DNA of 63,472 nt, counting the filler, from Phoronis australis (lineage: Eukaryota > Animalia > Phoronida): assembly GCA_002633005.1 (NCBI GenBank). It is 14 parts of 14 records of this genome, joined end to end, with 100 filler letters (N's around TTAATTAATTAA, not from the genome) between each part and the next. Parts side by side here need not be neighbours in the genome. Positions count along the whole stretch, not along the records: positions 1 to 9,519 come from NMRA01000038.1; positions 9,620 to 16,060 come from NMRA01000054.1; 12 more parts are not named here. One strand, given 5' to 3'. Below the pieces are notes generated by a model, which was not told the origin of the DNA, did no database searches, and was given only the letters and a program-made list of their open reading frames with translations. This document shows positions 1 to 11,760 of this stretch, one piece after another (the first letter of the stretch is position 1; the number at the start of each line of letters is the position of its first letter). Made by a program: the position numbers and the translations under genes.

Positions 1-367
1 ATGCTAAAAAAGGTGTGTGTAAGCAGATGTTCCAACAAAAATTTTTGCTGGTGGCGTGACTCATACCCAGATGTGCACAATATGGTTTCACGAAACTTAT
101 GTGCCAAGTTCATGTGACGAAATCGAGAAGGGTTTTTAATTATCTTAAGAAAAACTCAAGAGACATGTTAAGTGCCAGAAACTCACCAGGATGCATGGAA
201 ATTTCATTAATTGGCTATAAAAACAAAAAAATTTCTTACGCGGGAAACCCCCCTCCCGACCACCTCCCGTTCGGCGCCACGCGCCTAGGATTCGACCTTG
301 GCGGGAATCCTAACCCCCCATTGCTGAAAACGTAGATCCGCCACTGTTACCGTTATTGAATGCTCAC

Positions 368-628
368 CTCCATAAGGTATATCACACGGTTCCCACCTCT
401 TGTCCGGGTCCGTCGTATAACACCATGGACCAACCGGATCGTTGTCGGGATTGCGACAGAAGTTCTCGTTCGTCCGAGGAGTTCCGTGTGGATAATACTC
501 TTCGTTGGTTGAAAAGTGGTGATTGTGAGGAGAAGTCGAACTCCATTTTTGGCATGTTTTCCCCGAGGCAGTTTTCCTTACTGTCCCAATGTACTCCAAA
601 CCGAGGACTGTCAGCTTTGATTTGAATG
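368..628 (-). CDS. Kringle-domain exon (plasminogen/apolipoprotein(a)-like secreted protein)
   Basis: Translation [20 protein letters not shown]...[28 protein letters not shown]. Phase-1 donor G|GTGAGC at 368/367. Two in-frame acceptors are possible (exon start 607 or 628). Confidence 0.88.
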
Positions 629-886
629 CTTTGAATATTTGAGCAAGCAAAGTTTGTATGGTATATACGAAGAATAAGTTAAATTCTGATATTATAAGAT
701 ATCAGCTCCGGCGAAAATTGAAGTAACAAAGTAACAAAAGGTCAAATGGGTATTTGTTCACAGTAGGGACAGAAACCATGATAATATTTGTCTGCATATA
801 CCAAGACTGAGATGATTCATTATAGCAAGTACAAAATGGCTGCCGCAGAACCACATTAATTTTTTTGCGTCACCCGGTCTACTTAC

Positions 887-1159
887 TGCATAGGCTGACG
901 TCACAGTACTCCCACTCCACTGTAGTATTTTGTGTGTAGCACCACGGACCGTTGGGTTTGTTTTTGGAATCTGGATTACGACAGTAGTTCATGTTCTGGG
1001 ATAAAGTTCCACTGTAGAAGTTTACAGCTTTCAGTGAGTGCTTATGAGGTGTCTGATCTTTCCACATCTGACACTTCAAGCCGCTAGTGGTCTCAGCCAA
1101 AAATCCTTCGTAACTTTCCCCAGATTTGTCGTTCTTGCAAGTTCGAGTGGCTCCCAAAC
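887..1159 (-). CDS. Kringle-domain exon (same gene, upstream exon)
   Basis: TCKNDKSGESYEG...CQMW...NYCRNPD...GPWCYT...WEYCDVSLC with all 6 Cys. Acceptor tttcag, donor A|GTAAGT, phase 1-1. Confidence 0.92.
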
Positions 1160-1689
1160 CTGAAATATCCCCTCAGCATTATCTATTCAAAACTAAGCAT
1201 TTCATTGGCCAAAATACTAGATCGTGGTCTCATTAAACATGTTCAGGGTGTCAAAACAACTTTAGTCAGCGTATTTATGCATATTCGTCTGATTCAAAGA
1301 CGTCGCATTCTTATCTCATTCGATCGTAGAATTGAATTTAGCAACTTCACGGACCCGGTCTGAAGCCATAACGAGCTGCCAGTCTTCCCAAACTTTAAAA
1401 TCTAGAGAGGAACTTATTCCAATGTGATAACCGTAAGTGTAAGATCTAATGCATCTTGGCGCTTTCTGGGTTATGTATATTCATTGTATTCTGAAGATTT
1501 CGTAATAAACATTAAAAAAAACAAAAAACCGTAAGTGTCATAAATCCAAAGTCGTTTGACAGAACGCAAAAGTTTACTAAGTGCACCTGATCACAGCGCC
1601 ATCTCGGAAAAGAGGGTCACCTTGCTAGAACGATGCTTTGGTGTGCTGTGTTTGGACGTAACTAGTCATAATAGTGTGACAGCAGCCTC

Positions 1690-2150
1690 AGAACTTGCGA
1701 CCGTTGACTAGTATTTCATGACTTCGTTCTTGTCCTCTGCACGATTGTGATTGTCTAAAAACCGTGCAAACATTACATCGACCACACGGTGTGTACCCTT
1801 GGCGTTTGTCTATGCACTTGCAGAGTGCTTCTTTCCCAAACCAGGAGTGTGCACTCGTATGTCCGCAAAATCACTAGACACCAGATCGTCACAAACATTG
1901 TAATTCGATATACTGAATAATTTATTGACATCCATAGATTGCAATTTTTGGAATCACTACTTAGAACTTGTGAACAATTTGCGTTGATCGAGAGGCTCAC
2001 GGGTATGCCCCGTAAGCTGCAGACTCTGTTCCTTAAAAATTACCAAACTCGGTTCTTCCCTATTAACATATATTAAAAACGACATTCCCATCCAATCCCT
2101 GGAAACAAAATAATGCTCTACAACCCTCGACAACCCTAAAGTCTGGAGAA
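1690..2150 (-). mobile_element. Possible degenerate Penelope-like element fragment (linker before GIY-YIG)
   Basis: Manual frameshifted translation gives ...DDLVSSDF... then GYTPCGRCNVC, resembling the Cys-rich linker of PLE ORFs. A ~130-bp direct repeat lies nearby (2295-2400 / 2810-2947). Confidence 0.3.
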
Positions 2151-3206
2151 AAAAAAACTTGAGAACTCCTTCAGCAAATCACACAGTCGTGACCTACGCT
2201 CTAAGCGAATTGCGAGGCAACTGTGGAGAAAGGCCACCTACCCTTAAGAACCGTAATACCCAATCTGTGACATAGGATAGGAAGTATGGTATTGGTCATT
2301 TATTATGACTAATACAATTACAAGTAATAGGCAGTGACTAAACATAAGTAAGGTAAAAAACACTTATCTCTGGTAAGATGGGCAAACGGAAAGCGCCGGC
2401 CACTTGGAGGTACGAGAGAAGACCGAAAAGGGGGATGGTAGGGGGTGGTAAAATTTAAGAAGTTTTAGACGTACGTAGACGAGGCCGGAACCAAGAAGGT
2501 GAACTGAAAACAATGTGAATTCCTAAGGGCACGTGAGAATCATCAGCCCATGAGAGCCCAGAGCTGACCAAACTCTGGGCACGTGATAACAATTGACAAA
2601 AGAGGCTGGGAAAATGACGAGAAGTGCTACACAAAGGAATTAATGGACTAGACCGAACTGAGGGGGGAAAGGAGTAAGACGTGTCCATATGCTCACATAA
2701 ATATATTTAACAAGTGAAATACCATTTATGATCGACATATGTCCCGAATGATATATAATAGTTCGTGCGTCACAATCTCGTTACCAGAGACCGGGGTAGG
2801 CGATATAAGATCATTTATTATGACTAATACAATTACAAGTAAGGTCATTATATGACTAATACAATTCAGTAAAAGTAATAGGTAGTTACTAAACATAAGT
2901 AAGGTAAAAATACTTATCTCTGGTAAGATGGGCAAACGAAAAGCGCCACAAGAGATGTTGTAAGACAGCTCATGCCCTTCCGCAGGGACTCATGAAAGGA
3001 GAGGAATAAAAAGAAAAGATGTGCAGGACTACGTACAACTGCTGTCAGCCGGATACCCAACCCTAACTCCGGGTGCCAAGCCGGAGGGGGAGGTACGATT
3101 GCCCGTGGCTGGAACAGATTCCAGGTGTTGTTTCACCCTAGTCATGGCAGGATAACGGGATGCTGAGAAAACGAGACGATGGCAACGAGACTAAAGTAGG
3201 ATACAT

Positions 3207-3370
3207 ATAGATTATTACATGGCGAAGTCGTTATCACCCGTTATCCAGAGCCCGAGTGGATTTTGGAGAATTGTCGCCCGAGGGGAGTTAGCCCCGAGGG
3301 TGATAATTCTCCAAAATCCACAAGGGCTCTAGATAAGGGGGATAACGACTGAGAACATGTAATAATCTAT
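3207..3370. repeat. ~165-bp imperfect palindrome (terminal hairpin typical of non-autonomous Crypton/MITE-like elements)
   Basis: Paired arms ATAGATTATTACATG/CATGTAATAATCTAT, AGTCGTTATC/GATAACGACT and GTGGATTTTGGAGAATT/AATTCTCCAAAATCCAC around a CCCGAGGGG...CCCCGAGGG centre. Confidence 0.8.
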
Positions 3371-3669
3371 TTATACCACATACTGAACGAGAAACATTGC
3401 AATGAATCGATCTACCTTTCTCGACTCGCCTCGGCTTTGTAACTACTTTCTATGTCAGAGGACCGGGGTCGGAGGTCGTGACCTTTTAAGAAAAGCCGAG
3501 CTATTTTTTTGTCAAATAATGCTTATACTCAAAACCAATTGAAAACTTAAACAAAGTAGAAATAAAGTGAATCTATAAACTAAGGTTTAGAAACTATTAT
3601 AGCTTACTACACATTTTATCACGCTAAGCTTCGACCGGGAAAATATCGTCTGCTAAAGTGGGTTACCAC

Positions 3670-4651
3670 CAGTGGCGGATCTAGGATATCACAAGGGGGG
3701 CCCAACATTTTGTCCGGCTGTAAGCGTTTCCGCAAAGTGAACCACAATTGTAGATGCCCATGGCACCGAATGGGGGGAGGTCGGGAGGGGAAATTTTTCT
3801 GTCTTTACCTCTAAAAATCAAGCATTTTCCTTGATTCCTGAAGTATTATCCAAGAAACAAAAGCAAAAAAAAAAAAAAAAAACGAAGAACGTGTCAAACA
3901 GGAAAAACTGCAAGTTCCAAAGTTTTGAACTCACGACCTGGCGGTTAGAGCGCGCGCGCATTACCAATACACCACCACGATTTAACTACTAATATCATAC
4001 TAAGAGACCTACTTGTTTGTGGTCCACAGCGTTTGCACGCGAAACCTACTTCTTTTCGTAATGCTTATTACACGTTTTAGATTTTGTGCCATCAATTCTT
4101 AACAAATTTGTCATATTTAAAATAGTCTTCAAATGCCCAAAAGACCAAATCCGTTTTTCGTGTTGGCAACAATGACGGGATTGCTTTGGAAATCGTCCTA
4201 AGATAAGGTTTGACAAAGAGAGTATTGCGAGTTTCTGAGTGATTCACTAAGGCTTCGATTAAAATTCACATCTTACCAGCAGCTTCTATTTTTTCATCGT
4301 CACTCAGGTTCCATTTTCTTTAAAAAATGAAGTAAATTTTCTTCATTGCACAGTGGAGCAGACGACGGAAAAGGAGTCGTAGTGCGCAGCGCCACTGCCG
4401 GTCGACTGGGATATCGCGGGAGAGCCTATATTTAGCCATAGTTCCGTTACGAACGCGCCGTGTTCAGAATTTGACACTTGAAATTGGATTTGAGCCCCCC
4501 AACACTAAAACTGCACACATTTAAATCTTTTTTACCCGTATAATTTTAATTACCAGGGCTAATTAATAAACTCAACATTTCCCTACGCTCTTACTGTTTT
4601 ATTTTTTACGGCAGCCAAGGGGGCCCCCTGCCCCCCCCTAAATCCGCCTAT
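3670..4651. mobile_element. Non-autonomous DNA transposon with CAGTGGCGGATC-type termini
   Basis: Starts CAGTGGCGGATCTAGG and ends CCTAAATCCGCCTA. Related ends occur at ~330-346 (TAGATCCGCCACTG) and 6698-6832. Confidence 0.5.
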
Positions 4652-5254
4652 ACTAGTAACTGACTATAATACTCAAGTCAAAGGATCCCGATCACACGAT
4701 ACCCGCTTTCAAATCGGAGATCGGTGATTTACAAGTTAGAGAACACGAGAGAAAATTTTCACTGAATTGAAGTATCTATCGTTTTTATGGAAATTATGCG
4801 TCTTATTTTTCATAGCGTATAAATGTCGGTGCAATGCCCTTTGCTGAACATGCGATTGTTGCGCGTGCTCATTTAAGTCACAGGCGCTTGGGTTTATCGC
4901 GAATGACGTCACTCAATATTATATATAAGAAAACATAAAGGTTGGACACTCGAAATCTGTTTGCTCAGAATTTTCTACTCAAATGTGCATGTAACTCCAC
5001 GAAACTAGCATCTGACAACTCTTAGAATACTTTCTTTCATTCAATCTCTTCAAATTGCCTTCGAGTGGTGATTTGGCGACAAAAATGCCAAAAGAATGCC
5101 AAAATCACAAATTCAAGGAAGTGATTCCGTGATGTCATGGCAGACGGTCTTCGCACATCCGGGTTTTGACGGACGCTCCCAAGCTAAATCCGAAAGTCTA
5201 ATTTCGCGCGGCTTTCATCGTTAATCCCTCGACTACTTGATCATGAGAAGCAGA

Positions 5255-5980
5255 GAGCATGTGGACCTGAATATCAGGAGCATTACGACTGACGCCAGTA
5301 GTCAAGAGGCAAAGGCCATCCGCGATTTCTACAGTGCAAAAACAAAAAACCCAAACACTACAAATGCTTCATTCACAGGTTGAGGCGAATGGGAAAGAGT
5401 GTAAACGAAGCGGACTTGAAAAGTTTGCCCAGGACACATAACAAGACCGGTTATAAGAGGAAACTTTCATCTGCAGTGCCATCTAGGGTACAAAAAGAGC
5501 TCATCAACCTAAAAAACAGAAAAATCGGAAAAGATGAATTTTTAAAAATTGGAGTTGCTGCAGTGAACAATGTTACTAGCTGTTTTTCAGGACAGCACCA
5601 GCAATGTCGCGAGCTATCATCTGTGTGCATTGCACATCTTAGCAACTATACAACAAGCCACTTGCCTTATGACCGGCATCTAGAACTCAGTGAAAAAGAC
5701 TTGAAAACAATTCAAACAAAAATCAACTCCTACTTCAACCAGGAACAGCTAGCAGATATGAAGTATCTATTCAACACGAACATTTGCGAAAGTTTAAATG
5801 CAGCAGTTTATGCATAAGCACCAAAAACTTCGCGATACACACGGAATTTCACGGGTCTGTGCCATTCAGCCGTACATTCCAGAACCCTGGGACAAGGGAA
5901 ATCCACGGTGAAGCTGGCCGAGGCATCAGGACTATCCGTGCCTGAAAACAGTGCCATGAAAAGAAAGTTGAGAAATGTGG
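5255..5980 (+). pseudogene. Mutator-like (MULE) DDE transposase fragment
   Basis: Motifs IRSITTDASS, (frameshift) KCFIH, and NTNICESLNAAVYA*APK...F...CHSAV match the D / CxxH / NxxESxN-PK layout of Mutator-like transposases. Contains a frameshift and an internal stop. Confidence 0.7.
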
Positions 5981-8900
5981 NATGCGATTCCTAGTACAGG
6001 AAGTGTGTCATAGGTAACGTATCATATGTTGTTATGTAGTTGTGTGTATATATATTGAGATGATATGTAGAAAAAATCAGTTCAGTGTTCAGTTCAATTC
6101 TGTTCGTTTCACTGCGTAGTTCATGGAGTGTCTACTTTATTTGACAAAGTAAGATACACAACAGTTTGCTTACATGTACGTCTGTCTTTCGTAAGTCACA
6201 TGGGTAATCTGTTTCAATCATCTTGTTTTCATTATGTGCCCCTTTTGATTGGTGGCAAATTCTCGTATTTAACTAAACACTGACCCTTTATTTCAATAAA
6301 ACTGAATAGAGAATTAGTCCCAGCAATTAGGGCCGTTGCTTTAAAAGTTTACTCACAGTCACAAAATCGGCCAGCGCAGACTCCGGAAGAGTAGCCAGTA
6401 CTTTTGCACTCGGAGTCGCATGCCTGACTCACACAACCTCTGCGGAGTCTTTGCAGCATACCTGAAATAGAGGACATTTTTCACTAGTAAAATGCGGTCG
6501 TAGTTCATTCTTATTATTCTAAAGGTAATTTTGAGCAGTTTCACCCAGGGCTGAGGTTCGGGNTTGCGACGTTGGAATAACACGACCACAATGTAAAAAG
6601 TGACCGAAACACAGCTTGTTGCATAACGCTGTTGGAAGGCGTGTTGCGGGAAGGAAAGTCAGAATTGAATCATGAGAACAGATGACTATCAATTAGCAGG
6701 GACGGATCCAGGATTTTGAATTAGGGGGGCCAGGATTTTTCCCGTCAGACATTTGCACCCTGAACTGTCAATGGAATCTGAGAAAAAATTAGGGGGGTCA
6801 TGGCACTCTTAGCCCCCTTTAAGTCCGCCGTGCAGTTCGTGAAGGATATGTTCACTACCAGTTTTGAGGATTACACTGAGAACTTCCAAAACTGCCTCTG
6901 TTGCCGTTAATGCACGGCAGTTCCATAATAAGAGCTGTTGTATAAAGACCATGGAAGGACGACTGAAATGATGAATAGTTTTCGACGCTTTGTGTGTTCA
7001 AAATACGTTTTAAAAATTAATATATTTTTCTATTTTCTTCTTTTTCAGCGATTCACTGTGCAGACTGGTTACTCTGGCAAAATACAGTTAGGATTGTGTT
7101 GGACATGTTACGAGTACTCTCTATTGTGGCAATGTCACTAGAAGAGCTGACTGATCCTGTCACTCTTTACGTAGCCATATCCTCATGTCACAGGAAGGAA
7201 CAGTAACGAATAAACGTGTCCCTGTTACACGGGGAGATCACGGAATCTGCGACGGAGATTTTTCTGTTTGCCTTTTATATTCGTGGTGTACGTGGATGGA
7301 ACCGATCTATTTGAGGGCTGAACGCTTAGATTTTAACACCACGAGAAAATACCATTGTAACTTTGGGAGTCAATTGATTAAAATCTTGCCACTCGTCAAA
7401 AAACTGAGTCATGAAAGTAAACCAGTGAAAACTCCCTGTTTCTATGGTCGGGAGGTAAACCATGGTAATTTTTGGCTTACGAAACCACAACATTAATTTA
7501 TCTCAATTTGAAGATGGTTCATTGTTCACCATTTTTGACCTGGCGAAGTTGTGGTCAAAGTAGCCTACCATTAGTAATTATAGAATTTGTTACCAAATAA
7601 TATTTTTGTAAGTATATGCTCACTTCATGTTTTATACCGTAGGCGATGATCACTGTGGGTTATTATTTGGATATTCGTGATATGCAAAAGTATTTGTAGG
7701 AGGGCGAAGCCCGAGTTCAAATGTGCTTGCATGTCACCAAATCTGTTGTGAAGCGACGATGTTTTTTTAATTCTTTGTTAAAATCAATTACCTATTTTAA
7801 TCATTAACTGTTGATTTTATTTTAAATTTAAAAAGAATTGAACAGTGTGGCATTGGAATTTTTTCAGTGTTGGCGTAGGAATTTTGTTAACAATAGATGT
7901 CGTGTCAGTCTTAGTGTAGGTATTTTTAATGTTTTTGTCATAATTTTTCATTGCTTTTCAGAGTATAGAGTAAGCCAGAGTCAACTGAGCTTTTGTTTCG
8001 CTTTTTTATCTAGTATTTCGTTTCGCGTTTGTTTAGAACACCAGCAGAGAGTATTGGGATTTTAGTCCAGTCATTTTAGGGCTCCAGAGGGCCCAACCTA
8101 GAAAAAATTGCAACAGAAGGTTTTTTTGCATAAATGGCATCTTCAAACATTCCTTGGTGTCAGAAAAAAATCTACCGAAATCAAAGTGGCGGAAGTGGGT
8201 TTTTCAAGATGGCGGAAAAAATGGCCGACAAAACCGGTGTTTACTGTTTTCTGGCTTATTACTCTTATGTAACAGCTAAAAATAAAACAATAAAGCTTGT
8301 CATTGATTATATACTTTTCATGACAGGCATACCAAACAAAAGATGCCAATTTTCCGTAAAATAAAACCAATATGGCCGACAAAATGGCGGGCGAAACGGC
8401 AATTTGGTACATGTTGCAAGATTTCTTTTTATATTTTGCCCTGAAAATAGCAAAAGTTTTGTTCTTTTGTAAGTTAGACAATTTAAAATATCTGAACCTT
8501 ACAATTGGTCAATGGTTTGCGAGAAAAAAAATCAAGATGGCTGACAAAATGGCCGCCAAAATGGCTGCCAATTCACAAACCCCAATTTACCACATTTATG
8601 TTCTGCAAACTTTGTTTGTAACCTGATACGCATTTACACAAAAACATTTTACAATCTACAGTCAGGGTTAATGAGTTGATTGTTTCTATAATTTGTTTCT
8701 AAGATTTCGATACTAAATGTGGAATTTTAATCACATTTTAGATTACATAACATAAAAGTTGGTGTGTTTTTCAGAAAAGGCTTTAGTTAAATTTTCGTAA
8801 TAAATTTCACAAACACAATTATTTTTCTGAAAAATATATTCATTTGAGGTAGCAAAAATAATATTTGTTAGAAAGATATGTTATTCTGGTGGAGTTATTG

Positions 8901-9229
8901 GCTTATTCATTACACAAACCCTTAATAAAATTGGGCAGGAAGTGGCTTTTTTCTCTGCTATTGGAGATATTATTAGTTGTTCCCAAGCATCGATTTCGTC
9001 TGCTGCTGGCATGTATTGAGAATTTGGCTGCTGATTTCACCTGAATTTGATGAAAAGCCAATAGGATTGTGTAACAAAAAATTATTAGTTAAATTTTAAT
9101 AGTTAGGACTCACAATTTGTTTAATATGCATGCTTTTTATGAACATAGGTAACAAATTTTAGAGGCAATTAGTGCCAGCAAACAAAATGACAGTGATCTG
9201 TAGTCGCTTGTTCTTAGCCTGGCTTGGAA

Positions 9230-9304
9230 GGTTTTCATACTGAGATGAGCTTTCTGGGATGTATTGGATGCGTAATGTCAGGCACTGGGCTTCAAGAAGT
9301 TCTT
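9230..9304 (+). pseudogene. DNA-transposase fragment (Academ-like motif)
   Basis: GFHTEMSFLGCIGCVMSGTGLQEVL resembles the GxFHxxMSFLGxIGxxMxGSGL motif of invertebrate transposase-derived ORFs. An AAAATGGCCG-rich subterminal repeat lies at 8080-8600. Confidence 0.4.
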
Positions 9305-9519
9305 ATATTGGTAGACTCAGTGTTACGGATGATTTGCAGGTAAATTGTGTTCATTATGTATTTAAATGTGAGGTCTTTTGCTTTGCTTAGCTTTAGTTTT
9401 CTGCCTCGCCGCTAGGCACTTTCTAGGCTATTGTTTCACTGGCTTGCCATTTCACTCTGCCCGCATCATTTGTAGCGTCAAGTCGCTTACTGTTGTCGTG
9501 TACTAGTGAGTATTTTCTT

Positions 9520-9619
9520 NNNNNNNNNNNNNNNNNNNNNNNNNNNNNNNNNNNNNNNNNNNNTTAATTAATTAANNNNNNNNNNNNNNNNNNNNNNNNN
9601 NNNNNNNNNNNNNNNNNNN
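9520..9619. other. Artificial contig spacer N44-TTAATTAATTAA-N44 (first of 13)
   Basis: Identical spacers at 16061, 20077, 22098, 23754, 29618, 36743, 45924, 49668, 51622, 54905, 59141 and 61929. The 12-mer has stops in all six frames. Confidence 0.97.
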
Positions 9620-10440
9620 TTGCGCTACGACGTCTACTTTTTGAATTATTCGAGATTTTCGAATACCGTTGTTCCTTCGGTCACACGCAGCTGGCTGGCT
9701 TTCAGTTCACTTTGTTTTGATTATGCCTAGTTGACCCAGACTGACCCAGCCAGCACTGTTCTACTGTAGACTGGACCGTCATGTTGCGCCATCTATTGTT
9801 CTTCATTGTAGTTCATTATATGCTCTCTATTCGATTTCTTCGCTAGTCACATGAATGTTACCAGGTTATCCATTATTGCCGCCTTGATCGTCATGATTGT
9901 CGTCGTCGTTCTCATTGTCGTCTTTTCGATTAATTCCGCCAAGTGTCGCTCTTCCGAGCGCTCTCGTTTTTTTTTTTGTTTGTTCGCTCTCTGCAGGTCG
10001 CAATTCTGGTCCGATTTTCACGAAATTTGCACACAACATGTAGATCGGGAATCACTGGAACGCTATTGTTTTTGGTCATGATCGGATACAAAATGGCGGA
10101 CGTGGTGGCCATTTTGTATCCGATTTCACAGTCAAATACTCGTAGAGGCCGCATTTTTCGACCTACATGGCTGAAAATCGGTACGAATATACTAGAATGC
10201 ATGTGCTACAATTGTGCAGAAAATCGTTGACTTCCGGTTAAAGATGGCGGAAATATTGGACGTGGCGCATGCGCACCCCGAAATATGGCTAAAAACATTT
10301 TCTCCTGTAGAGGGCGCAATTGCAAACCAATCACTTTCAAACTGGTCACGTGTTTGTTGAGTTTAATAAGCTTTTATAAAAATTATTGAACCGGAAGTCA
10401 CCTTCAAGATGGCGGCTGTGGGGCATGTTCACACGGTTTC
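9620..10440 (+). repeat. Interspersed repeat; a diverged inverted copy lies at ~14890-15590
   Basis: TCTCCTGTAGAGGGCGCA (~10301) vs TGCGCCCTCTACAGGAGA (~15005); GTCTACTTTTTGAAT vs ATTCAAAAAGTAGAC. Confidence 0.7.
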
Positions 10441-10734
10441 AATAGCTCTGGTGTCGCATTTTTTATGGGAAGAGCAAATAACTTGCATGTGGATTCCTTG
10501 AAGTGTGGCCTTTCAAAAAGTCTGCGAGAGCGTATTTCTCAGACTTACCGTTTTCGAGTTATTTGACTTTGAATTTCAAAAAAAAAACGGCAAGTTGTTT
10601 AGCCATACCTTTTTGCAACTTCTGATGCTTCATTCTTGGTCTGGTCATCTCTTGTTATTGCTGGATCTGTTTCTCATACGAATGTTCTGTAAGGGTTAAC
10701 CTAAAGGTGAAAACTGCTGTTTTAGAAGTTCTTC

Positions 10735-11225
10735 GATATCAGAAGGTCTTTGATCATATCAGAAGGGACTTGATCATATCAGAAGTGGCTTGATCATGTC
10801 AGAAGTGGTTTGATCATGTCAGAAGGGGTTTGATCATGTCAGAAGGGGTTTGATCATGTCAGAAGGGGTTTGATCATGTCAGAAGGTCGGTTTCATCATG
10901 TCAGAAGGGGTTTGATCATGCCAGAAAGTCGGTTTCATCATGTCAGAAGGGATTTGATCAATTATCAGAAGGGATTTGATTAATTATCAGAAGGGGTTTG
11001 GTCGTATCAGAAGGGGTTTGGTTGTATCAGAAGGGGTTTAGTCGTATCAGAAGGGGTTTGGTTGTATCAGAAGGGGTTTGGTCGTATCAGAAGGGGTTTG
11101 GTCGTATCGGAAGGGGTTCGATCGTATCAGAAGGGGCTCGATCGTATCAGAAGGGGTTTGATCGTATCAGAAGGGGATTAATCATATCAGAAGGGGTTTG
11201 GTCATATCAGAAGGGGTTTCATGAC
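10735..11225. repeat. ~20-bp minisatellite (TGATCATATCAGAAGGGGTT-like)
   Basis: More than 20 visible tandem units. ORF 10998-11291 is simply its translation. Confidence 0.95.
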
Positions 11226-11760
11226 TTGAAGAGAACTGACAGTTTTGCAGACCCAGACCTTCTTTCCAATCTGGTTAAGGAACTTAGGTAAGATCTGTTT
11301 TGTAACCTTAAGCGCGGGCTGAAATAGAAGTTATTTTCTTTTTGCCACCTGAGTAAAAAATGAATACAATTGCTGGGGATGGTCCTTGTCATACTTTTCC
11401 CAAGTAGTGAAAAATGTAGTGAAGCATTATTATCAACTTATGATCATATGATGTATATTGCTACAAGACGCTTTAAATACTGAATGCCGCATTACACCAT
11501 GTTAGGTTGACTAAAAGTCGAAAACCGAATTGGGCCTTCTACTTTCATAAAATTAGTCTTATCGTGATAGGGTTCCATTTCCATTGCCTAAGCAAGTTAC
11601 AGGCTATGCTTATATACGCTATTTTCAAATTTGTGACTTTAGTATTGGCAAACCCCAATAAACTGTTGAGCGAGCATTTTCTTAAGTCTCTGATATTCTT
11701 GTTGGTAATGGAAATAAAATCACAGTAAGGAATTAAAGCAAAAAGCTATATTCAATTTTT

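Noticed and set aside
2520-2560. Hammerhead ribozyme (CTGATGA on the minus strand)
   Set aside because: No stem II followed by GAAA. The CTGATGA in the 74-bp TNPO1 repeat also lacks the core.
6004-6163. Solo LTR (TG...CA)
   Set aside because: No TSD or second copy is visible.
9564-9575. Recurrent TTAATTAATTAA palindrome as a biological motif
   Set aside because: It is always centred in a 100-bp N block, so it is an artificial linker.
10998-11291. 97-aa repetitive ORF
   Set aside because: Translation of the 20-bp minisatellite.
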